Assembly (NCBI GenBank): GCA_965267345.1
Contig: OZ253947.1
Coordinates: forward strand, 138,814-202,813
Direction: 5' to 3'
DNA from: Minisyncoccota bacterium
GTDB lineage: Bacteria > Patescibacteriota > Minisyncoccia > Phycocordibacterales > UBA2100
Length of the DNA stretch: 64,000 nucleotides
How positions within the stretch are numbered: position 1 is the first letter of the stretch; the number at the start of each line of letters is the position of its first letter. A program made the translations under genes and the position numbers. A model generated the notes under the pieces. The model was not told the DNA's origin. It saw only the letters and a list, made by a program, of their open reading frames with translations, and searched no databases. Below are positions 1 through 8,908 of this stretch, piece by piece.

Positions 1-240
1 TCTCTGGTGGACGAGCATCTCACGTTTAATAAATCGTATATTGTAAAGCGTGCTCTGGAAAAAGAAGGGCTGACACTTGAGGGTTCAGTGGGCGTTGGAG
101 ATACAGAGAGCGATATCGCTTTTCTTGAATTGGTCGAAAAGCCAATATGTTTCAATCCAAACAGTCAGCTGTATCGTCATGCTAAACTACAGGGGTGGCA
201 CATTGTCGTAGAACGTAAAGATGTTATCTATGAACTTTAG
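1..240 (+). CDS. HAD-superfamily hydrolase, C-terminal fragment (runs off window start)
   Basis: ORF 7..240 is open to position 1. The GDTESDIAF motif resembles HAD motif IV; short C-terminal cap. Confidence 0.55.
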   Translation, partial: SLVDEHLTFNKSYIVKRALEKEGLTLEGSVGVGDTESDIAFLELVEKPICFNPNSQLYRHAKLQGWHIVVERKDVIYEL

Positions 241-967
241 CTTGGTCCTCTGGGGCATCCTTGCACTCATTGCCGTATACGGAGTGTATGAGTACGTGAA
301 CCTTGCCCGTGCAATCGGTATCGGTAACGAGTTAAGCGAAGCCGCGACAGCTTTTGAGCGTTCGGGCGACTATCCGCACACGATGCTCGTTGTTGGTGAC
401 AGTACAGCGGTGGGGGTTGGTGCACCTGCTGATGCGTCAGTACCGGCGCATATTGCCAAAGAAATTAAAGCGTCAGTTGAAAACTATGCCGTGAGTGGTG
501 CGGTACTTGCTGACGTTGTGACCCAATTTGAGTCCGCACAACGCGAACAATACGATCTGGTGCTCATACAGGCAGGCGCGAACGACATTATACTCTTTAG
601 CGATGCGGCTACCGTGCGAGAAAACATCAGCGCGGTGCTTGAAAACGCGACACAGTACAGTGAGAGGGTTGTACTGCTTACTTCAGGAGATGTTGGCAAA
701 GCGCCAATGTGGCCGTATCCACTCAAGCGCCTCTATACGTATCGCACGCAAAATACTCGGTCAATTATTATGGAGGCCGCACGCGCCTACAGCTCAGTTG
801 CGTACGTTGATCTGTACACAAAACACTTCCCAACGGGAGATGACGCAACGGCGTACTATGCTGCTGACGGCCTACACCTCTCGGGCGCCGGATACGGCGT
901 GTGGGCAGAGCATGTCCGCGACGTCATCGCCGACGCATGGCCTGCACTGTTGAATACGGGCAGGTAG
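221..967 (+). CDS. SGNH/GDSL-family hydrolase with N-terminal membrane anchor
   Basis: 248 aa. N-terminal hydrophobic helix, VVGDSTAVG (GDS block I) and a C-terminal DGLHLS (DxxH block V). Confidence 0.65.
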   Translation: MLSMNFSLVLWGILALIAVYGVYEYVNLARAIGIGNELSEAATAFERSGDYPHTMLVVGDSTAVGVGAPADASVPAHIAKEIKASVENYAVSGAVLADVVTQFESAQREQYDLVLIQAGANDIILFSDAATVRENISAVLENATQYSERVVLLTSGDVGKAPMWPYPLKRLYTYRTQNTRSIIMEAARAYSSVAYVDLYTKHFPTGDDATAYYAADGLHLSGAGYGVWAEHVRDVIADAWPALLNTGR

Positions 968-985
968 ATGCGGTAGTATGTACGT

Positions 986-1237
986 ATGAAAACATTATAT
1001 CGAACCGAAGGGTCTGAGCGGATGATCGCAGGTGTCTTGGGCGGTCTCGGTGTGTATTTTAATGTCGACGCAACCGTACTGCGCCTCGTCTATTTGGCAA
1101 TAACCATTTTCTCAGGTGTGCTCCCGGGCATTATTGTGTACCTCTTCGCCATTGTCATTATGCCGACGCAGTCGCGCGTATCCCGCCCGACAGTAACGGT
1201 AGCTGATGATGACACGTCAAAAGAGAGCACGCGCTAA
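986..1237 (+). CDS. PspC-domain membrane protein
   Basis: 83 aa. RMIAGVLGGLGVYFNVDATVLRLVYL followed by a TM helix is the PspC-domain pattern. Confidence 0.65.
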   Translation: MKTLYRTEGSERMIAGVLGGLGVYFNVDATVLRLVYLAITIFSGVLPGIIVYLFAIVIMPTQSRVSRPTVTVADDDTSKESTR

Positions 1238-2060
1238 AGCGCTGACACCACAACAGGTGCGTGCATTCCGCCATCGTGTATGGCGCTTTTATCGTGAGCA
1301 TGGGCGTCACACGTTACCGTGGCGAAAGACGACGCATCCGTACCGTGTCTTGGTCTCTGAAGTGATGCTGCAGCAAACGCAGGTTGATCGCGTCATCCCC
1401 AAGTACCGTGCCTTTATACGTGCATTTCCAACTGTCGCAGCGCTGGCACGAGCGCCGCTCGCTGATGTGTTGCGGCTCTGGAGTGGTCTTGGCTACAATC
1501 GACGGGCACGTATGTTACACCGTGCAGCACAGGTGGTGTGCCGTGACTATGCGGGGCGCATACCTAAGGACTATGAAGGCCTCCTGCAGTTACCGGGCGT
1601 GGGGTCGTATACCGCAGCGGCGGTCTGCGTGTTTGCCTACAATGCACCGATGACTATGATCGAGACGAACATTCGCAGTGTCTTTTTACACGAGTTTTTC
1701 GCCAAAGCCAGTGCAATTGCCGATCATGATATCGCCCCGCTCATTGCACAAACGCTTCCGCAACGGCGGGCACGAGAGTGGTACGCAGCGCTCATGGACT
1801 ACGGTACGTACATAAAAAAGCACACACCCAATCCAAGTCGCCGGAGTGCGCACCACACACGGCAGCGTCCGTTTCGCGGCTCGCGCCGCGAAGTACGCGG
1901 TGCAGTGGTCCGTGCGCTCCTGCAGGCATCACAGACAGCGAGGCAGCTCGTACGTGACACCGGTTTTCCCGCTGAACGTGTTACCGATGCACTTGCCGGT
2001 CTCGAGAAAGACGGTTTGGTGTATCGCAGCGGTACGCGATGGGCGCTCGTCGCTGATTAA
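1206..2060 (+). CDS. HhH-GPD DNA glycosylase (MutY/Nth-like) lacking the 4Fe-4S Cys cluster; C-terminal winged-helix-like region
   Basis: LPWR..PY..SEVMLQQTQV, the LPGVGSYTAAAV helix-hairpin-helix and an LMDYG catalytic Asp context. No C-x6-C-x2-C-x5-C cluster. The C-terminal 70 aa look wHTH-like. Confidence 0.65.
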   Translation: MMTRQKRARAKALTPQQVRAFRHRVWRFYREHGRHTLPWRKTTHPYRVLVSEVMLQQTQVDRVIPKYRAFIRAFPTVAALARAPLADVLRLWSGLGYNRRARMLHRAAQVVCRDYAGRIPKDYEGLLQLPGVGSYTAAAVCVFAYNAPMTMIETNIRSVFLHEFFAKASAIADHDIAPLIAQTLPQRRAREWYAALMDYGTYIKKHTPNPSRRSAHHTRQRPFRGSRREVRGAVVRALLQASQTARQLVRDTGFPAERVTDALAGLEKDGLVYRSGTRWALVAD

Positions 2061-3907
2061 ACACCGACGATAACGGGAATGACAATCGGATTCTTATGCG
2101 TTCGCTGTACGAGGAATTGCGAAACGACATCAGTGAGTTCATTTTTTACGGCGTCGATATCGGTACGACGTGATCCACGCATGCCATTCTCAACTGTTTT
2201 CTTGATGATTAGTCGCGTTTGTCCTAGCAGCTCTTGCGATTCGCGTAAGTAGATGAAGCCGCGTGAAATAATATCAGGTGATTTGCGCAGTTTGCCGGTG
2301 CGCAGATTTACCGTTGCAACAATGACAAAAATGCCGTCCTGTGCAAGTGTTTGACGATCTTTGATGACCGCTTCCTGCACATCGCGCACGTGCAGTCCTT
2401 CAACAACACGCATGGTCATCGGTGCTTTCTCAAGGAGACGCACCAAGGTTTCTCCCTTGTCGCGAATTTCAACGATCGTACCGTTGTCGGGAATGACGAT
2501 ATCTTCAGGTGCGAGTCCGCACGCTTCTTGTATGAGTGCGCCGTGTCCGCGAAGCATGTAGTGGTAGCCGTGCTGTGGAATAAAGAATTTTGGGCGAATT
2601 TGCTCGTGAATCCACTTTGCCTCTTCAGCATTTCCGTGACCTGAGGCGTGCACGTCACTTGTCTCGTACGTCAGAATATGTGGTCCTTGTCGTGCGATTT
2701 TGTCCTTCAGTGACTGCACTGCTCGTTCGTTGCCGGGAATCACCGATGATGAGAGCACAATGGTGTCTTGCGGTGTGAGCTTTACAAAGCGATGCATTTT
2801 GTTTGCCATGCGCATCAATGCGGCGTAGGCGTCACCTTGAGCGCCGGTGGCGAGAATGATGATTTTGCTTTCAGGATAGTCACTCATTTGTTCAGAAGTA
2901 ATCATCGTTCCTTTCTTTGGCTTGAGCAGTCCGAGCTCCATGGCGATATCGAGATTGTTCTTCATGCTGCGTCCTTCCACGACAACTTTTTTGCCGTTTT
3001 TCTCAGCAATCTCGATAATCTTGATAACGCGCTCTACCTGTGAGGCAAAGGTGCCGATAATCATGCGGTGTTTCGCTTCGGCAATAATTGTCTCAAAGGT
3101 CTCGAAGACGCGGTGTTCGGGGATAGACCATCCCGGACGACCCGTGTTAGTGGAGTCCATGAGCAAACAGAGGACTTTTTCGTCATTGAAGACACTAAAG
3201 TTCTCGATTTCATGCTTATGTACCGCGCCGTCGGTGTGATCGAGTTTGATGTCACCTGTGAATACAACGCTGCCGAATTTAGTGCGGATGATGACGCCCA
3301 TTGAGTCAGGAATGGTGTGGGTCACATTGAAGAAACCGAGCTCAAAACCGCCCACCTTTATTTTGTCACCAGGTTCGACGTCGCGCAGGTCAAGCGCAGG
3401 CAAGTGCGGGAACTCAGTCTGGCGTTTTTTCACCATTACTGACGTGAAGTTGTGTGTATAGATCGGCGGATTACCGATGCGGTCAATGATGTAGGGGATG
3501 CCACCGATGTGATCGAGGTGGCCGTGCGTGAGCACCATACCTTTAATTTTGTGCTTGCGCTCTTCAAGGTACTGCGTGTTCGGCAAGATGTAGTCAACAC
3601 CAGGTGTGTTTTCCTCTTGGAACATGAAACCACAGTCAACGACAATAATTTCATCGTTCAACTCAACGAGACTCATGTTGCGGCCGACCTCTTCCACACC
3701 GCCGAGCGGAATGATGCGGATTGTGTCCGGTGCGAGTTCCGGAATGACATCGTCCTTTTTGCGTGCATGCGGACGATCAAGTGTCAGTGGGCGACGGCGT
3801 ACACCGCGACCAGCGCGCTTACGTTTCGTACCGGCAGTTTTTCGTGCCGTGCCGTTTCGGGTGCCGCTGCGCCCAGCTGTGCGTTTTTTAGGTTGTTCTG
3901 AAGCCAT
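2057..3907 (-). CDS. rnj: Ribonuclease J (metallo-beta-lactamase/beta-CASP RNase) with basic N-terminal tail
   Basis: 616 aa. LTHGHLDHIGG HxHxDH motif and beta-CASP region. About 60 aa of K/R-rich N-terminal extension. Confidence 0.88.
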   Translation of the reverse strand: MASEQPKKRTAGRSGTRNGTARKTAGTKRKRAGRGVRRRPLTLDRPHARKKDDVIPELAPDTIRIIPLGGVEEVGRNMSLVELNDEIIVVDCGFMFQEENTPGVDYILPNTQYLEERKHKIKGMVLTHGHLDHIGGIPYIIDRIGNPPIYTHNFTSVMVKKRQTEFPHLPALDLRDVEPGDKIKVGGFELGFFNVTHTIPDSMGVIIRTKFGSVVFTGDIKLDHTDGAVHKHEIENFSVFNDEKVLCLLMDSTNTGRPGWSIPEHRVFETFETIIAEAKHRMIIGTFASQVERVIKIIEIAEKNGKKVVVEGRSMKNNLDIAMELGLLKPKKGTMITSEQMSDYPESKIIILATGAQGDAYAALMRMANKMHRFVKLTPQDTIVLSSSVIPGNERAVQSLKDKIARQGPHILTYETSDVHASGHGNAEEAKWIHEQIRPKFFIPQHGYHYMLRGHGALIQEACGLAPEDIVIPDNGTIVEIRDKGETLVRLLEKAPMTMRVVEGLHVRDVQEAVIKDRQTLAQDGIFVIVATVNLRTGKLRKSPDIISRGFIYLRESQELLGQTRLIIKKTVENGMRGSRRTDIDAVKNELTDVVSQFLVQRTHKNPIVIPVIVGV

Positions 3908-3950
3908 AATTTGTTACGTCGGTTAGTAATGTACTACTGCTAATAATGAA

Positions 3951-5717
3951 TTACTTAAAGAAGTGCCACACACGCTCGGTCTGTGTATGCCATGTATGCA
4001 CATCAGCGAAGCGTTCACTCGGTGTGGTGACGAGTCCGGCGTCAATGCCGTGCATGCGTGTGGGAACAAGGTACAAAAAGTCGGGTGAGTAGAGGAATAT
4101 CGCGGGAACGTCCGCACGGATCTCTTCTTCAAATGCGCGATACAGTTCGTCACGCTCATCGGTATCGGACAGCGTGCGCGCGTCTGCTAGAAGATCGTCA
4201 GCGGTGGTATTAGTATACAGTGCAATGTTAAGCCCCGGATCATCCCGCTGTGATGAGTGCCAGAAGGCAAACAGGTCCAGCTCGCGACCAATGACCTCAC
4301 CGAACAGCAGCGCCTCGTAGTCGCGTGGACGAATGATGCTCTGGTTCAGCTCACCTGTTTCAAAAATACTGACGCGCACCGGAATGCCGGCTTCACGCCA
4401 CATCTGTGTGGCGAGTTGTGCCGCCGCTTTCAGTTCAGGCGTGTTCGCGGTGGCAATTGAGAATGACAGAATCTGTTCGCCGTCAGTCCACTGGTTCAGG
4501 TCAGTATCAAACTCCCAACCGGCATCTTCAAGGATAGCGCGTGCCTGCGCTTGGCGTTCTTCTGTCGTACGCGTGTCTGTGGGCGCTTCATACTGTCCCT
4601 CAACTGTTTCGGGCGGGAGGGGTGAGTCAATCACCGTGCCGTAGCTGTTGAGTACCTCGTCAATGATTGCCTGCTTATCAATGAGCACAGTGAGTGCCTC
4701 ACGTACGGCACGGTCGGTAAAGATGTGGTTTTGGTTCTGATTGAAAAATACGGCAAAAATACGCGGGAAGGTTGCGCGTATCAGGCGACTATCATCGTCA
4801 ACGATGGTGTTCATTGATGCTGACGAGAGTGCGCTCAAGCTCTCGACGGCGCCCTGTGTGTAGGCGCGCACGAGGTCCTCCTCATTTGCATAGAAGTGAA
4901 TAAAGAGGGTATCGATATACGGCTGCCCGAGGGTGTACTGGCGATACGCAGATAGTTCGTATCGCGTTGGAATGCCTGCACCGTTGTAGGTGATGTCGTG
5001 GAGGGTAAACGGGCCCGCACCAATAGGTTGTGTGTTAAATGTGCTAAAGGGAAATTCCTGTGATGAGACGTTAATCCATATGTGGCGCGGCAAGATGCCC
5101 ATTGTCGTATTTTCGAGGAACGGCGCATAGGGTTGATCGAGCACGAAGCGTACGGTGCGATCGTCAACGCGTTCCACTGTGACGCCGTCCCAGTCGGCAC
5201 GACGAGGGCTCTTGAGCGCATTATCTTGTGCCGCTTCAACAGTAAAGATAATGTCGTCGGCAGTGACGGCAACACCATCGTGGAATCGGGCGTCATCGCG
5301 CAGTACGAAGGTATACTCGGTACCGTCTTCTGAGATGGTGTATCGTTCAGCCAGATCGGGTACTAACTCACCGCTCGCGGTTGGGCGCGTCAGTCCGGCA
5401 TAGATGAGTGCTGAAAGATCGCGGTCGGTATCTGAAATGGCAAGGAGCGGGTTAATGAAGCGCGGTGCACCGATGACGCCTTCGTGGAGTGTTCCGCCAC
5501 GTACCGGCACTTGTGTCGTCGCATACGTATTGAGCGATACAAATACCGCGAAGCTACTGACACTAACCGCTGCAACCAGCAGCCAAAACAGCACTTTCTC
5601 TGCAGGCGAGAGTGTAGCGACAATGCGATCGAGTACGTGCGCCTTTGGCAACATGCGCCACTGGCGTACACGAGCGAACAAACGCAGACCTGATTGTGGG
5701 TTCTCGTGATGAGTCAT
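3951..5717 (-). CDS. ABC transporter substrate-binding protein, family 5 (peptide/nickel-type), membrane-anchored
   Basis: Long ORF 3951..5777. N-terminal TM helix, then family-5 solute-binding-protein-like sequence. Start uncertain: GTG 5777, ATG 5732, ATG 5717 or ATG 5654. Confidence 0.7.
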   Translation of the reverse strand: MTHHENPQSGLRLFARVRQWRMLPKAHVLDRIVATLSPAEKVLFWLLVAAVSVSSFAVFVSLNTYATTQVPVRGGTLHEGVIGAPRFINPLLAISDTDRDLSALIYAGLTRPTASGELVPDLAERYTISEDGTEYTFVLRDDARFHDGVAVTADDIIFTVEAAQDNALKSPRRADWDGVTVERVDDRTVRFVLDQPYAPFLENTTMGILPRHIWINVSSQEFPFSTFNTQPIGAGPFTLHDITYNGAGIPTRYELSAYRQYTLGQPYIDTLFIHFYANEEDLVRAYTQGAVESLSALSSASMNTIVDDDSRLIRATFPRIFAVFFNQNQNHIFTDRAVREALTVLIDKQAIIDEVLNSYGTVIDSPLPPETVEGQYEAPTDTRTTEERQAQARAILEDAGWEFDTDLNQWTDGEQILSFSIATANTPELKAAAQLATQMWREAGIPVRVSIFETGELNQSIIRPRDYEALLFGEVIGRELDLFAFWHSSQRDDPGLNIALYTNTTADDLLADARTLSDTDERDELYRAFEEEIRADVPAIFLYSPDFLYLVPTRMHGIDAGLVTTPSERFADVHTWHTQTERVWHFFK

Positions 5718-5789
5718 ATGTACGGGGAGCATTAACGTACCGCGTGTGTGTACGCGTGCCGTACGCACGTCGCACACACGCCGGCAGCG

Positions 5790-6023
5790 TTACGATACAA
5801 GGAGATTGAGCAGTGCGGTGCCGGCGAAGAGTACACCGAGTACGATCGTCACATAAAAGAGCGTACGCTCCATGCCGCGACGTGTGTGAAAGCCCGAACT
5901 GAAGTTGTCCGCACCAAACGCTCCGCCAAGTCCCGAACCAGTCTGCTGAAGCAGAATAGTCACGATAAGCAGAATGGAGAGCGCAATCTGAATGTATGGC
6001 AATATGCCAACTAATGCTTCCAT
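5790..6023 (-). CDS. secG: Preprotein translocase subunit SecG
   Basis: About 77 aa from the internal ATG. Two TM helices with ILLQQTGSGLGGAFG, the SecG signature. Confidence 0.7.
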   Translation of the reverse strand: MEALVGILPYIQIALSILLIVTILLQQTGSGLGGAFGADNFSSGFHTRRGMERTLFYVTIVLGVLFAGTALLNLLVS

Positions 6024-6193
6024 GTGCAGCGAGTATACCAATGCTGCGCTAAATGACAAGCGCGCGACTGTGTTTTGTGAGATTTTGCATTGGGGTGTCT
6101 TTGGTTTTATACTAACCACACTTTGCGTGTGTGCTCGCTCTGCGCGTGTATGCACGCAGCATTTACGAGAATAGCCTAGACAAAAAAACAGCT

Positions 6194-6472
6194 ATGGCAA
6201 AAACGAATGTGAAGCCACTGGGGGACCGCGTGCTCGTCACGCCGATTCAGGAGGACATAACGTCGCCTGCGGGTATTATCATTCCTGATACGGCACAGCG
6301 CGAGAAGCCCAAACAGGGGAAAGTTGTTGCTGTCGGAGAGCTGAAAGAGGTGACGGACATTACGGTAGGCGACACAGTACTCTTCAGTGATTTTGGTTTT
6401 GATACCGTAAAGGTAGGTGATACGGAATACTACATTATTCGCAGCGAAAACCTGTTAGCAGTTGTTAAATAA
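6194..6472 (+). CDS. groES: Co-chaperonin GroES
   Basis: MAKTNVKPLGDRVLV..GIIIPDTAQEKP.QGKVVAVG. Start taken at the internal ATG of ORF 6131..6472. Confidence 0.95.
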   Translation: MAKTNVKPLGDRVLVTPIQEDITSPAGIIIPDTAQREKPKQGKVVAVGELKEVTDITVGDTVLFSDFGFDTVKVGDTEYYIIRSENLLAVVK

Positions 6473-6479
6473 GAAACGT

Positions 6480-8135
6480 ATGGCAGCAAAAAAAGTACTG
6501 TTCAATCACAAGGTGCGTGCGGCGCTGAAGCGCGGTGTTGACACGGTTGCCGATGCGGTACGCGTTACACTCGGCCCACGCGGACGTAATGTGGCACTTG
6601 CCAAAGGATTTGGCGGACCAACCATCACCAACGACGGTGTTTCGATCGCAAAAGAAATTGAGCTTGCTGACCCCTTTGAAAATATGGGGGCAGAGGTCAT
6701 CAAGGAAGTTGCCAGCAAAACGAATGACAAAGCAGGTGACGGTACCACCACCGCAATGGTACTCACCAGTGCAATCATCACCGAAGGCTTTAAACGAACG
6801 GCCATGGGCGCGAATGCAACCGTGGTGCGCCGCGGCATTGAAGCTGCAGCACGAGACGCCGTTGCTGAATTGCAGTCACTCGCCAAGCAGGTAAAGGGGA
6901 AAGAAGAGATTCGCAATGTGGCGAAAATTTCCGCCGAATCCGATCGTCTCGGTAAGGAAATTGCTGACACCATTGAAAAAGTCGGGAAAGACGGCGTGGT
7001 GACGGTTGAGGAATCGCAATCACTCGGTATTGAATCAGAGGTAGTCGAAGGACTCGAATTCGACCGCGGCTACGTGTCACCGTATATGGTGACCAACTCA
7101 GAGCGCATGGAGGCAGAGATGAAAGATGCAGCGATTCTGGTTACCGACAAAAAGATCTCAAGCGTGCAGGAGATTCTGCCGCTGCTTGAGAAACTGGCGC
7201 AAACCGGCAAGAAAGAGCTCACCATCATTGCTGATGATGTGGAAGGCGAGGCACTCGCGACATTTGTCGTGAACAAATTGCGCGGGGCGTTTACCGTACT
7301 GGCAGTGAAAGCCCCCGGGTACGGTGACCGCAAGAAAGAAATACTTGCCGACATCGCAACGGTTGTTGGCGCCGATGTCGTGTCGGAAGATCTTGGACGA
7401 AAGCTCGAAGAAGTCGACATGGCGGTACTGGGACGCGCGAGTCGCGTTGTGGCACGAAAAGACACAACCGTGATCGTTGGCGGTAAGGGCAAAAAGGCAG
7501 ATGTGCAGTCGCGCGTTGCGCAAATGCGTGCACAGCTTGCCAACACCGACTCGAAATACGATCGTGAAAAAATTGAGGAGCGCATTGCCAAGCTCAGCGG
7601 TGGTGTGGCAGTCATTCGCGTTGGTGCAGCAACGGAGACAGAAATGAAGTACCTCAAGGACAAGATTGAGGATGCCGTGAATGCAACCAAGGCAGCCATC
7701 GAAGAGGGTATCGTACCCGGTGGTGGTACCGCGCTGGTCAAGGTTGCCGCAAAACTCAGCAAGAGTAAGCACATGAACACACACGACGAGTTTTCAATCG
7801 GCTACCGCATTGTGGTTGACGCACTGCGCGCGCCGCTGACGCAGATTGTGACCAACGCCGGTCGCGATGACGCACAGGTCATTTTGCGTGAGATCGTAAG
7901 CAAGGGCGGCAACTACGGCTTTGATGCGTCCAGTGAAGACCACGAGGCACGCATCATTGACATGCTCGCCGAAGGCATTATTGATCCGGTGAAAGTGACC
8001 CGTAGTGGTATTGAAAATGCAGCGAGCGCGGCGGCTGTACTCCTCACGACTGAAGCAGCTGTGGCTGAAGATCCTGACGAAAAGGAGGAGCCACCTGCAA
8101 TGCCAGCCGGCGGCGGCATGCCCGGCATGATGTAG
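6480..8135 (+). CDS. groEL: Chaperonin GroEL
   Basis: MAAKKVLFN..AVKAPGYGDRKK..GGG, ending in a GGM-type tail (PAGGGMPGMM). Start at the ATG 9 nt after the groES stop. Confidence 0.97.
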   Translation: MAAKKVLFNHKVRAALKRGVDTVADAVRVTLGPRGRNVALAKGFGGPTITNDGVSIAKEIELADPFENMGAEVIKEVASKTNDKAGDGTTTAMVLTSAIITEGFKRTAMGANATVVRRGIEAAARDAVAELQSLAKQVKGKEEIRNVAKISAESDRLGKEIADTIEKVGKDGVVTVEESQSLGIESEVVEGLEFDRGYVSPYMVTNSERMEAEMKDAAILVTDKKISSVQEILPLLEKLAQTGKKELTIIADDVEGEALATFVVNKLRGAFTVLAVKAPGYGDRKKEILADIATVVGADVVSEDLGRKLEEVDMAVLGRASRVVARKDTTVIVGGKGKKADVQSRVAQMRAQLANTDSKYDREKIEERIAKLSGGVAVIRVGAATETEMKYLKDKIEDAVNATKAAIEEGIVPGGGTALVKVAAKLSKSKHMNTHDEFSIGYRIVVDALRAPLTQIVTNAGRDDAQVILREIVSKGGNYGFDASSEDHEARIIDMLAEGIIDPVKVTRSGIENAASAAAVLLTTEAAVAEDPDEKEEPPAMPAGGGMPGMM

Positions 8136-8171
8136 TAGCACTGGCTACTCGATTCGCAAACGTCGCTCACT

Positions 8172-8205
8172 CCCGAGCGACTTTTGCATTTTCGGGGCGG
8201 TTTGC
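8172..8205 (+). terminator. Rho-independent terminator after groEL
   Basis: Stem gtcgctc/gagcgac with loop actccc, followed by ttttgcatttt. Confidence 0.6.
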
Positions 8206-8221
8206 TATAGTGCTGCGCATT

Positions 8222-8866
8222 ATGGCAGTACAACTGAATGTAGCACCGCGCGATCCGAAGGTGAGCGCCCAAAAACTCCGCGATGAGGGGAAACTCGTTG
8301 GTGTCTTTTACGGTCCTAAGGAGGAGGCAACACCGGTGACAATTGACATGCCTGAATTCCTCCGTGTCTGGAATGATGCCGGCGGTTCGACTATTGTTGA
8401 CTTGGTTGGCATTGGTGACGACAAAGAAGTATTGATCCACGAAGTAGATGTCCACCCCGTGACTGAAAAACCGCAGCATGTCGACTTCTACTGCATCGAG
8501 CGCGGTAAAAAGCTCACGGTCTCAGTACCGTTGGTCTTTACCGGCACGGCACCTGCAGAAAAGCAGGGTGGTATTGTGGTCAAAGCACTGCACGAACTTG
8601 AGATTGAGGTACGCCCACGCGACATCCCACACGAAATTGAGGTTGACTTGAGCACTTTGACTGAACTCGACAGCAGCATCACAGTCGGTGATCTGCGCCT
8701 TGGTGAAGGTGTTGAGCCAACTGCCGAGGCTGAGGAAACGGTTGCCTCAATTACCGAAGCGAAGGACGAACCTGAAGAGGAAGAAGAGCGCGACATCTCC
8801 GACGTCGAAATTGAAGGCGAGAAACCCGACGAAGACACAAACGAGGAATCTACAGAAGATGAGTAA
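8222..8866 (+). CDS. rplY: Ribosomal protein L25 / general stress protein Ctc with acidic C-terminal tail
   Basis: MAVQLNVAPRD..KLRDEGKLVGVFYG..VDFYCIERGKKLTV; acidic E/D-rich C-terminal 40 aa. Confidence 0.88.
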   Translation: MAVQLNVAPRDPKVSAQKLRDEGKLVGVFYGPKEEATPVTIDMPEFLRVWNDAGGSTIVDLVGIGDDKEVLIHEVDVHPVTEKPQHVDFYCIERGKKLTVSVPLVFTGTAPAEKQGGIVVKALHELEIEVRPRDIPHEIEVDLSTLTELDSSITVGDLRLGEGVEPTAEAEETVASITEAKDEPEEEEERDISDVEIEGEKPDEDTNEESTEDE

Positions 8867-8870
8867 GAAG

Positions 8871-8893
8871 ACGCCCCACGGGGCGTCTTTTGC
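8871..8893 (+). terminator. Rho-independent terminator after rplY
   Basis: Stem agacgcccc/ggggcgtct with loop acg, followed by tttt. Confidence 0.65.
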
Positions 8894-8900
8894 TATACTA
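8891..8900 (+). promoter_or_regulatory. Extended -10 element TGCTATACT, 9 nt upstream of the ATG of the coiled-coil hydrolase gene (leaderless start)
   Basis: The same TGnTATAcT element recurs before the cupin gene (about 13968), dnaG (about 50633), malic enzyme (about 55711), smc (about 35926), gyrB (about 19190), rpmE (about 10322) and rpsP (about 41062). Confidence 0.5.
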
Positions 8901-8908
8901 GTACGCAC

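Noticed and set aside
6024-6193. Looked for a CIRCE/HrcA operator (TTAGCACTC-N9-GAGTGCTAA) upstream of groES.
   Set aside because: No match is present. There is only a TATACT-like -10 element and imperfect GC-rich dyads.
6506-8479. Multiple long antisense or alternative-frame ORFs inside groEL (e.g. 7070..7780, 7158..7784, 7913..8479).
   Set aside because: They overlap a confidently identified, highly conserved groEL frame. Their proteins are low-complexity and have no recognisable features. They are frame artefacts of a GC-rich gene.
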